IMG/VR virus record: IMGVR_UViG_3300009158_002590
Location: 1 to 30,497 of that record
DNA: 30,497 bases
DNA from: a virus
Taxonomy: Duplodnaviria; Caudoviricetes
Direction: 5' to 3' (one strand)
This document shows, one piece after another, positions 17,511 to 25,339 of the stretch. Below the pieces are notes generated by a model. The model was not told the origin of the DNA. It did not search any database and worked only from the letters and a program-made list of their open reading frames with translations. Position numbers and translations under genes: made by a program. Each line of letters begins with the position of its first letter. The stretch's first letter is position 1.

Positions 17511-17723
17511 ATGCCGCTACCAACGCCCGCAAAAAACAAAGAAGATGGCAATTTTATTGCATCTTGCATGTCTTCTGAATCAATGACCAAAGAGTACCCA
17601 AACCAAAAACAAAGAGCGGCCATATGTTACTCGCAACTCAGCCGCAAAAAGAAAAAGGCTGAAGGCTCTATGGACGAAACGAAATGGGATGAAAACGACG
17701 TGTCCAAAGTTATTATAGAATAA
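17511..17723 (+). CDS. Small hypothetical phage protein (MPLPTP...F...CM...EYP..KQRAAICYS)
   Basis: 70-aa ORF following the motif above. The two-Cys pattern resembles small uncharacterised phage proteins; function unknown. Confidence 0.65.
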   Translation: MPLPTPAKNKEDGNFIASCMSSESMTKEYPNQKQRAAICYSQLSRKKKKAEGSMDETKWDENDVSKVIIE

Positions 17724-17735
17724 ATTTAAACTACC

Positions 17736-18104
17736 ATGATTACCTACAAATGGGAATTTCCCGCTTTAGACTGTGCTCCACTTGAAAGTGGATTAGCTGA
17801 TGTTATCAAAACCATTCACTGGAGAGTCACAGCCTCTGAACCAAAAGATTTAGAACAGCCAGACTCTGGAAGCTATTACGCCACAAACATTGGCGCTAAT
17901 GCTCTTGACCCTATCACTGATACTGGAGTATTTGTTCCTTTCGATCAAGTTACTGCCGATATGGCTACCGAATGGGTGAGTTCAAAAATTAACCTAACTG
18001 GAGAATACGGTATTTATTCTGGTCTCGCATCAGAGATTGAACGTCAAAAGAACCCCCCAATCGTTCGCAAGCATATTGGATTCACTGGTTCTTCACCTGT
18101 TTAA
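17736..18104 (+). CDS. Hypothetical phage protein, possibly tail-fibre-associated
   Basis: MITYKWEF..LD.....GL.DVIKTIHWR...FVPFDQVT.D....WV pattern, recalled from small proteins near phage tail-fibre genes; followed by a terminator. Confidence 0.6.
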   Translation: MITYKWEFPALDCAPLESGLADVIKTIHWRVTASEPKDLEQPDSGSYYATNIGANALDPITDTGVFVPFDQVTADMATEWVSSKINLTGEYGIYSGLASEIERQKNPPIVRKHIGFTGSSPV

Positions 18105-18125
18105 TATAAAATCTAATCAACTTCG

Positions 18126-18160
18126 AAGGCGCACAGAAATGTGCGCCTTTTTTATTTTTT
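18126..18160 (+). terminator. Rho-independent terminator
   Basis: AAGGCGCACA-GAAA-TGTGCGCCTT perfect stem followed by a long T tract. Confidence 0.9.
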
Positions 18161-18163
18161 GTG

Positions 18164-18201
18164 TTTAACTTCGCCTACGGTAGTTTATAATTTTAACTAC
18201 C
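18164..18201 (+). promoter_or_regulatory. Putative promoter with TATAAT in the loop of a 7-bp inverted repeat
   Basis: TATAAT at 18186-18191 flanked by GGTAGTT (18179-18185) and AACTACC (18195-18201); weak -35 TTTAAC at 18164-18169. Confidence 0.6.
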
Positions 18202-18666
18202 ATGCGTCTAAACTTTTATAAACCAAATAGATCAAATGCAGGAACAGCATTATCATTCAACGTCTCATACAAGGATAAAGATCAAACAAAAGGAGAAAGT
18301 CCAGATCTTTATGTGAGTTTCATCAAGCAAGCGGGATGGGACGAGAAGACGAAGAGAGCTTCTTTTTCGGAAAACGCAAAGAACCCAGAAAAGACCGCCG
18401 CATTAAAACTTAATCAAGTTGAAGCGGCATCCATTATTCGGGCTGTTAGACAGTCAGCTAAATTTTCTACTGTTCACGCTTATCAGGGCTCAACTACTTC
18501 AATTATGTTTGGCCCTTACGTTAAGAAGAGTGGAGACAATGCATTCTCATTCTCGATCAAAAAGGGCGAGCAATCTTTTCTGATCGGTTTTGAACTTGGG
18601 GAAGCTGAACTAGTAGCCCAGTATTTAGAAAACTATCTTCGTAAGAGTTTTGAAGTTTCCGAATGA
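18202..18666 (+). CDS. Candidate Whirly/PC4-fold single-stranded nucleic-acid-binding protein
   Basis: FYK....TALSF, LYVSF, KLNQVEAASII and FSFSIKK...FLIGFELGEAELVAQYL suggest the twice-repeated beta-sheet-plus-helix pattern of Whirly proteins (by-eye comparison). Confidence 0.5.
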   Translation: MRLNFYKPNRSNAGTALSFNVSYKDKDQTKGESPDLYVSFIKQAGWDEKTKRASFSENAKNPEKTAALKLNQVEAASIIRAVRQSAKFSTVHAYQGSTTSIMFGPYVKKSGDNAFSFSIKKGEQSFLIGFELGEAELVAQYLENYLRKSFEVSE

Positions 18667-20579
18667 AAAAGACCGTAGTATTCCACAGCAATCACAGCCG
18701 AATCTTTACTGGTTTCGGCAAAAACATGAAGAACGTTCTTCGGTATCTTTATAAGACCGGAAAATATAATCTTATTGAATTCGCCAATACAAAAGCGAAA
18801 GACGCTCCAGAGTTAAAAACTCTGCCTTGGAAAGCTGTAGGAACGCTACCAGACTCAAATAAATTACAAGAAATGGCGTCCGATCAGTCAAGAGTAAGAT
18901 CGGCTGCTTATGGGCTTAATGAAATTGATTCTTTGATCAAGGAATTTAAACCTGATTTTTATATTGGAGTAGAAGACGTTTGGGCGCTGTCTCCATTGGT
19001 AGAGAAGAAATGGTGGAATGAGAACTGTATGATTTGGACAACTCTTGATTCGCTTCCGCTTTACGTAGACGCAATTAAGATTATTCCGAAGGTTAAACAT
19101 TATTATGCTTGGGCTTCGTTTGCTGGTAAAGAAGTTGAGAGACTTGGGTACCCGAAAGGGTCAATCAAAACACTTAGGGGAGCAACAGAGACTTCGTCCT
19201 TTTACAGAATTAACGATGAAGACCGAAAGATGATTAGAAAAGAATTTAATCTATCAGACGAGTTTATTGTTGGTTTCGTTTTTCGAAACCAATTAAGGAA
19301 AAGCGTTCCCAATCTTCTGCAAGGATTTAAACTCTTCAAAGAAAAAAACCCAAAATCCAAGGCTAAACTATTGCTGCATACTCATTGGTCGGAAGGTTGG
19401 GACATCCAGAAATTAATCAAAGACAACGACTTAAAGAACGAGGACATTTTAACTACATACTTTTGTAAAAAATGCAAACAGTTTGAAGTCAAACCTTTTG
19501 AGGGGCAAAAGATCAAGTGCAGGTTTTGCGATGGCAAAGATACAGTAGAAACTGTTAATATCGGCAATGGAGTAGGCGAGTCTCAATTGAATGAGATTTA
19601 CAATTTGATGGACGTTTACTGCCATCCGTTTACAAGCGGTGGCCAAGAAATTCCTGTTACAGAAGCGAAACTAACAGAGCTTATCACTATTGTTACGAAC
19701 TACTCTTGCGGAGAAGACTTCTGCACTGAAGAGAGCGGAGGTTTACCTGTTAGCTGGAAACCTTACTACGAACCAGGAACTAATTTCATCAAGGCGACCA
19801 CCCTACCAGAATCTATCGCAGAAAAAATTGAAAAGGTCTACAAGATGTCCGCTTTGAAAAGAAAAGAAACGGGCAGCAAAGCAAGGCAGTTTGTTTTGGA
19901 TAATCTTTCTACCGAAGTTATAGGCAAGAGGCTAGAGCAAATTATCGATAACGCCCCGAACGTGCAGTGGAATTATGATTCAGATTTTAAACAAAGAAAT
20001 CCAAATCATCAACCGTTAGAGACGGAATCTGATACTGAATGGCTCATCGATATTTACAAAAATGTTTTATTGATGACTGTTGGTCCAAATGACGACGGGT
20101 TAAAAGGATGGCTTTCTCATTTGCGCGGCGGCAGAAAGAGAGAAGAGGTTTTAGAATATTTTAAAAAGACAGCAACGAAAGAAAATAATGAAAACGCTAA
20201 AGTAGAGTTTTCTGATCTGCTCGATAAAGACGACAAAGGAAAAAGAATTTTATTTGCAATGCCTCAAAGCGCGGGAGATGTTTTTATGTCAACTTCTCTT
20301 TTGCCGTCAATTAAAAAGCTATATCCAGATTACAATATTTACTTCGCGACAAAGCAGGAGTACTTTGAAATTCTTGACTGCAACCCATTCATTCACAAAA
20401 AACTTATTTTTAACCCTTTCATGGAGAACCTTTTAACGATGGAAGGTCACGCGAACGGAGACGGATATTTCGACATAGCGTTTCTGCCTTACGTGGGAAC
20501 GCAAAAGTTTTTTGACTACCAACATAATGGTAAAGACAAATTAGAATTTAATACTAAAAACGAACATGCACTTACTTGA
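18663..20579 (+). CDS. Multidomain glycosyltransferase: GT4 (GT-B) with Zn-ribbon insert, DUF4214-like helical domain and N-terminal lobe of a GT9
   Basis: TGFG, RNQLRK, YNLMDVYCHPFTSGGQEIPVTEAK (GT4); CKKC...CRFC; IYKNVLL...DDGLKGWL..L.GG..REEV; RILFAMPQSAGDVFMSTSLLPSIKKLYP...CNPFI (GT9 N-lobe). Confidence 0.8.
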   Translation: MKKTVVFHSNHSRIFTGFGKNMKNVLRYLYKTGKYNLIEFANTKAKDAPELKTLPWKAVGTLPDSNKLQEMASDQSRVRSAAYGLNEIDSLIKEFKPDFYIGVEDVWALSPLVEKKWWNENCMIWTTLDSLPLYVDAIKIIPKVKHYYAWASFAGKEVERLGYPKGSIKTLRGATETSSFYRINDEDRKMIRKEFNLSDEFIVGFVFRNQLRKSVPNLLQGFKLFKEKNPKSKAKLLLHTHWSEGWDIQKLIKDNDLKNEDILTTYFCKKCKQFEVKPFEGQKIKCRFCDGKDTVETVNIGNGVGESQLNEIYNLMDVYCHPFTSGGQEIPVTEAKLTELITIVTNYSCGEDFCTEESGGLPVSWKPYYEPGTNFIKATTLPESIAEKIEKVYKMSALKRKETGSKARQFVLDNLSTEVIGKRLEQIIDNAPNVQWNYDSDFKQRNPNHQPLETESDTEWLIDIYKNVLLMTVGPNDDGLKGWLSHLRGGRKREEVLEYFKKTATKENNENAKVEFSDLLDKDDKGKRILFAMPQSAGDVFMSTSLLPSIKKLYPDYNIYFATKQEYFEILDCNPFIHKKLIFNPFMENLLTMEGHANGDGYFDIAFLPYVGTQKFFDYQHNGKDKLEFNTKNEHALT

Positions 20580-21750
20580 TCGCTACGCATTGTCATGCGG
20601 GGTTAAGATTAACACTCCATTTATTTTGGAGCATTATTATCCAATCACTCTGGATAAATATATAGCTTTCCAAACTAGCGGCAAAGGCAATTCCAGACAG
20701 TACGATTACTGGCCGAAGGTATTCTCGTTTATAAAAGAATACGCACCGGACTATAAAATAGTACATGTCGGCATACCTTCTGATCAATCTGTTTCTGGCG
20801 CGGATCTTGATTTAAGGGGCAAAACAAATATAAAACAGCTCGCTTACGTTATTAAAAACTCTTCACTCTATCTCGGAGTTGATAGCCTTTCTACGCATTT
20901 AGCTGGACACTATGACAAAAAGATTGTTGCTTTGTACTCTTATTGCTACGCGCAAAATTGCGCTCCTGTTTGGGGCAGTGATCAAAATAAGTCTTTGATA
21001 GAGGTCGATTGGGTTAAACATGGCAAACCCTCTTTCGCACTAAAAGAAGATAAGAAAAAAATAAACACGATCATGCCTGAGATTATTGCTAAAGCCGCAT
21101 TAGATAAACTTGGCATCCCAAATGATCTTGATAAAGTTAAAACCCTGCACATAGGGAAAAGTTACCACACTCCCGTTATAGAATTGATTCCTAACGGCGG
21201 GCCACTACCTGCGTTAATTCAGAATAAGATCTGCAACATTAGAATGGATTTATTTTTTAATGAAAAAATTCTTTATCCGTTAGCTTCTATTTGTAATTTA
21301 AATATTATCACTGATCAAGAAGTTTCACTTGATATTTTAAATAAAATTAAATCGAAAGTTAGCGCACTAACGATCTTAGCTTCCGATAAAATATCAATCA
21401 AATATCTCGAAGACGCAAAAACTCTTGGAGTAAAATTAATTTTAATCGCTAATGATAACACTGAATGGGGCAGGTTATCTGAAAAATTCTTCGATTTTGA
21501 GCTTGACAAAGAAGATTCATTTGGTAAAAAGGATATAGAAAACTCGGATCAGATAAATGAGCAGTGTCTCTTTTCTTCTGAAAAGATTCTCATCTCAGAC
21601 GGTAAAGTTTATGCTTCTAAACTATTATGGAAAAATGATCAGCCAAAAGCTGACAAGTATTCAAAAGTAGTAGATCATCCAGACTTCTGGGAAGAAGCCG
21701 AGCATTTCTATATTTTTAAAAATGAGCGAAACAACAAAAACAAAAACTAA
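20566..21750 (+). CDS. GT9 (heptosyltransferase-like) C-terminal lobe plus an unknown C-terminal domain
   Basis: SRQYDYWPKV, IVHVG and DLRGKTNIKQLAYVIKNSSLYLGVDSLSTHLA...KIVALY match the GT9 nucleotide-sugar-binding lobe (L.GKT.L..L..LI......GNDSG.MHLA). Confidence 0.8.
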   Translation: MHLLDRYALSCGVKINTPFILEHYYPITLDKYIAFQTSGKGNSRQYDYWPKVFSFIKEYAPDYKIVHVGIPSDQSVSGADLDLRGKTNIKQLAYVIKNSSLYLGVDSLSTHLAGHYDKKIVALYSYCYAQNCAPVWGSDQNKSLIEVDWVKHGKPSFALKEDKKKINTIMPEIIAKAALDKLGIPNDLDKVKTLHIGKSYHTPVIELIPNGGPLPALIQNKICNIRMDLFFNEKILYPLASICNLNIITDQEVSLDILNKIKSKVSALTILASDKISIKYLEDAKTLGVKLILIANDNTEWGRLSEKFFDFELDKEDSFGKKDIENSDQINEQCLFSSEKILISDGKVYASKLLWKNDQPKADKYSKVVDHPDFWEEAEHFYIFKNERNNKNKN

Positions 21751-22492
21751 TAAACCATCAGTTCGCGACGAACGTGGACTTCTCAACGGGGTAAATTTCA
21801 TCTTTAACAAAGATGGTACAGTTAACTGGCGCGCTATGGTCAATCCAGCGCATCTTTATCCAAACAAGGATTGGTTCGCTCGCAGGAATCAAGCTGTGCC
21901 AGAGACAGCAGATGGGCTGCGCGACGAACAGCTTCTGATTAAACTTAGCGGGATTAAAGAAGTAGCAAAGCTTCGGGGTTACACTTCTGTTCATTTTCTC
22001 TTTCCAAAGCTCGAAAGAGATTATGTGGTCGCATCATGCACCGTTAACTGGATCAGTAATTTCGAAACGAACGTTAATGACGACGAAAATAATTGGGATT
22101 CTTCTTCGTATATGGATGTTGCGAATGCAACTTTTGAAAATACAGACGGCTTTGGTCAAAAGTTTCTTGAAACAATTGCGGCTAATCGCGCCTTTGTTCG
22201 TGCAGTGAGAAATTATCTTGGCATTCATATTGTTGGCGAAGATGAAATCGCCAAGGGCAATGGCGCGAAAGCTGCGGCTTCGTCAGTAGAAGGGTCTGCG
22301 GACGTTTCTCCGCAAGCTATTCTTTCAAAGAAATTTGGAGAAAGCGTTGGTGGAGAATTTGCTGATTTTAAAGTTTGGCTGCGTGAACTTTGGAAGTCCG
22401 AGTCTTACCGAAACGCTGAAGCTGCGAACTGGAAAGCTTGGTCCGATATTCCAGCAAAAGAAGCTCGCGCGCTTTTAAAATTCGTTAAATAA
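21722..22492 (+). CDS. Hypothetical protein, candidate Rad52/Sak-like single-strand annealing protein
   Basis: YVVASCTV...ANA...ETIAANRAFVRAVRNYLGIHIVGEDEI resembles the A.T.A..RA.R...GI...EE helix of Rad52/Redbeta/ERF-type proteins. Confidence 0.45.
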   Translation: MSETTKTKTNKPSVRDERGLLNGVNFIFNKDGTVNWRAMVNPAHLYPNKDWFARRNQAVPETADGLRDEQLLIKLSGIKEVAKLRGYTSVHFLFPKLERDYVVASCTVNWISNFETNVNDDENNWDSSSYMDVANATFENTDGFGQKFLETIAANRAFVRAVRNYLGIHIVGEDEIAKGNGAKAAASSVEGSADVSPQAILSKKFGESVGGEFADFKVWLRELWKSESYRNAEAANWKAWSDIPAKEARALLKFVK

Positions 22493-22962
22493 TGGTTAAA
22501 AGAATTGCGGATATCAAAGAACTCCGTTCCATCTTAGCTGAGATGGAGCAGGGTGATGTGCTGCAAAAAGTATTAAAGAAACAGCGTCACGTTGCTGGAG
22601 ATTGGAATTTGGATCATTTAAAAGATCAGATATATCAAATTCTTCTTTCCTTCAAGGAAAACGCTGTTATCTTTGTTTACTTCTATAAAGATAAGCCAGT
22701 TTCTATTTTTGTTGGTATTGTTAGCCAAGATTGGGCTTGCGGCAAGATGGGCCTAAATGAAGTCATTTGGGTTTCGGTCGGCAAGTCTAACGTAGGCGGC
22801 GTTAAAGTAATTCAAGCCGTTGAGCAACATATTGTCGCAAAAGGCATTGACTTTTTGTCGTGCCAGTACATGTCTAATGGTGGTGATCCAAGAATCCAAA
22901 TGTTTTATATGAACAATGGATTTAACTTAGATACACTAACTTTTGTTAAGCGATACAAATAA
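22492..22962 (+). CDS. GNAT-fold acetyltransferase-like protein
   Basis: IWVS.....GGVKVIQAVEQH....G (motif A-like) and FYMNNGF (motif B-like). Confidence 0.6.
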   Translation: MVKRIADIKELRSILAEMEQGDVLQKVLKKQRHVAGDWNLDHLKDQIYQILLSFKENAVIFVYFYKDKPVSIFVGIVSQDWACGKMGLNEVIWVSVGKSNVGGVKVIQAVEQHIVAKGIDFLSCQYMSNGGDPRIQMFYMNNGFNLDTLTFVKRYK

Positions 22963-22983
22963 TTCTAACCCTAGAATTTCTTT

Positions 22984-23033
22984 AGTGGATGTAGTGGTTT
23001 TTATGTAAAACCATTTGCCACTTTTTACTTTTT
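22984..23033 (+). promoter_or_regulatory. Extended imperfect hairpin plus T-rich tract immediately upstream of nrdA (terminator- or attenuator-like)
   Basis: AGTGG (22984-22988) pairs with CCACT (23018-23022), and TGGTTTT (22995-23001) pairs with AAAACCA (23007-23013). A T-rich run then extends to the ATG at 23034. Confidence 0.45.
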
Positions 23034-25337
23034 ATGAAAAAATCAATGACAGTAAAGAAGAGAAGTGGAGACGTTGAGAAGTTCGACGCCGATAAAATCA
23101 ATAAAGTCCTAGAATGGTCTTGCAATGGCATTAGCGACACCTCTTTCGAGGAAGTTGCTATGAACGCAAACCTATCTTTCTTCGACGGAATATCTTCCAG
23201 AGATATCCATAATACATTGATCGAAGCCGCGTCTGGGCTGATTTCTGAAGAAAAACCTCAATATCAATACGTAGCCTCTCGTCTTTTAAATTATCAACTG
23301 CGCAAAGAAGTTTGGGGTGGAAAGAATGCCCCGAAGCTCATTGATTTCGTTAAAGATAATATTAAAAATAAAGTTTACGATCCAGCTATCCTCGGATGGT
23401 ACGACGAACGAGAATTCCATAAGTTTGACGAATATCTTCGCCATGATCGCGATCTTAATTTTACATACGCTGGTATTAAGCAGCTTTGCGAAAAATACCT
23501 AGTTCAGAACAGAAGCACCAAGAAGCTGTACGAGACCCCGCAATTCGCTTATATGCTCATCGCAATGACCTTATTTAAGGACTATAAGGATGAGCGCGCC
23601 AATTACATCAAGAAGGCTTACAATTACTTTAGCCAGCACAAGATTAATTTGCCCACTCCTATTATGGCAGGAGTAAGAACTACTCTAAAATCTTACGCTT
23701 CTTGCGCTTTGTTTACGGTTGATGACACGCTTGAATCTATTTTCGCGAACAATAGCGCTATTGGGTTCGCTACCGCAAATCGCTACGGTATCGGTATTAA
23801 TGCAAGCCGCCTCCGCGCCGTTAACTCTCCTGTTAAGGGTGGCATGGTCAGCCACACTGGGCCAGTTCCGTTTCTCAAGATGTTTGAAGCTACCGTGAAG
23901 TCGTGCCATCAAAATGGCATTCGTGGGGGTTCTGCGACAGTAAACATGGCTTGGTTCCATCATGATATTGAGGACATTCTTGTATTAAAAAATAACGCTG
24001 GCACGGACGATAACCGAGTGCGCAAATTAGATTACTGCATAGGATTTGAGCGTACATTTTATGATCGTCTAATTAAAAATGAAAACGTCACCTTGTTTTC
24101 TTACCATGAAGTTCCAGAGCTTTGGAATAGTTTTGGAATGCCAGAGTTTAAAGAACTTTACGAGGCGGCTGAAAAGAATAAAAACGTCAAGTTTAAAAAG
24201 AGTATTAATGCTCGCGATCTTTTCTTTTTGTTTTCCAAGGAGCGCGTAGAGACTGGGCGCATTTACCTAATGAACGTTGACCACGCAAACTCGCATGGCT
24301 CTTGGAACGCTCAGGTTGACACTAGCAACCTCTGCCTTGAGGTTAATCACCCTCTAAAGCCAATCAAAGACCTTAACGATCCTAATGGAGAAATTGGTGT
24401 TTGTATTTTGTCTGCTGTTAATCTGCTTGAGGTATCAAAGGATGAAATGGAATCAGTATGCTCGATCATTGTTCGTATGCTCGATGCGTTAATCGATCAT
24501 CAAGATTATTTCGTTCCTGCCGCCGAGAACTTCGCTAAAAATCGCCGTAGTCTCGGAGTTGGCGTCACTAATCTCGCTGGCTATCTTGCTGATATCGGAG
24601 TTAAATACACCGATAAGAACGCCGCTAATAAAGCCGCTGCTGTCATGGAGCTTGTGAGCTATAACCTCATTAAAGCTTCAGTTAAAATGGCTCAGGAAAA
24701 AGGACCGTGCGCTTTATTCTCCGAAACAAAGTTCTCAAAAGCTATTCTGCCAATAGATACTTATTGTAAGAATATCGACGAGTTCGTTACTGAAAAGCTG
24801 CATTGTGACTGGGAAGGGCTTAGAGAGGAAATTAAATTGCACGGTATGCGTCATAGCACCTTAACTGCTTTGATGCCTGTTGAGTCTAGTTCCGTGATCC
24901 AGTCGTCAACTAACGGCATTGAGCCGCCCCGTTCGTTGATTTCCTACAAGCGCTCAAAGGCGGGGGTAATTCCTGTTGTTGTTCCTAATATAAAAAACAA
25001 TAAGAACAATTATACTCTCGCGTTTGAAATGCAAAGTAATCAAGGATATTTGAAGGTGGTAGCTGCTCTTCAGAAGTTTGTTGACATGAGCATCTCAACC
25101 AATCTTTATTACAACTCTAATCGTTATCCAAATAAAATTCCAAGCCAAGGAGAACTTGTTGGCGACTTAATGTTAGCTTATAAGTACGGTATTAAAAATC
25201 TTTATTACTCAAATACTTTCGATGGCGACACGCAAACCGTATTGTATACGAAGCAAGAGACCAAGCTTCAAGAAACAAAAACCGAAGAACTGCAAGACGA
25301 TAGCCAAGGTTGCGCTGGCGGAGCTTGCACTCTATAA
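23034..25337 (+). CDS. nrdA: Ribonucleoside-diphosphate reductase class Ia, alpha subunit, with ATP cone
   Basis: VKKRSG..E.FD..KI (ATP cone), ETPQF, PTPIMAG, ASC, QNGIRGGS, SNLCLE (catalytic), MPVESSS, NGIEP, YY and C-terminal CAGGAC. Confidence 0.96.
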   Translation: MKKSMTVKKRSGDVEKFDADKINKVLEWSCNGISDTSFEEVAMNANLSFFDGISSRDIHNTLIEAASGLISEEKPQYQYVASRLLNYQLRKEVWGGKNAPKLIDFVKDNIKNKVYDPAILGWYDEREFHKFDEYLRHDRDLNFTYAGIKQLCEKYLVQNRSTKKLYETPQFAYMLIAMTLFKDYKDERANYIKKAYNYFSQHKINLPTPIMAGVRTTLKSYASCALFTVDDTLESIFANNSAIGFATANRYGIGINASRLRAVNSPVKGGMVSHTGPVPFLKMFEATVKSCHQNGIRGGSATVNMAWFHHDIEDILVLKNNAGTDDNRVRKLDYCIGFERTFYDRLIKNENVTLFSYHEVPELWNSFGMPEFKELYEAAEKNKNVKFKKSINARDLFFLFSKERVETGRIYLMNVDHANSHGSWNAQVDTSNLCLEVNHPLKPIKDLNDPNGEIGVCILSAVNLLEVSKDEMESVCSIIVRMLDALIDHQDYFVPAAENFAKNRRSLGVGVTNLAGYLADIGVKYTDKNAANKAAAVMELVSYNLIKASVKMAQEKGPCALFSETKFSKAILPIDTYCKNIDEFVTEKLHCDWEGLREEIKLHGMRHSTLTALMPVESSSVIQSSTNGIEPPRSLISYKRSKAGVIPVVVPNIKNNKNNYTLAFEMQSNQGYLKVVAALQKFVDMSISTNLYYNSNRYPNKIPSQGELVGDLMLAYKYGIKNLYYSNTFDGDTQTVLYTKQETKLQETKTEELQDDSQGCAGGACTL

Positions 25338-25339
25338 AA

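Noticed and set aside
22983-22998. NrdR box upstream of nrdA
   Set aside because: The reverse strand CCACTACATCCACT matches only half of the acaCwAtATaTwGtg consensus, and no tandem second box is evident.
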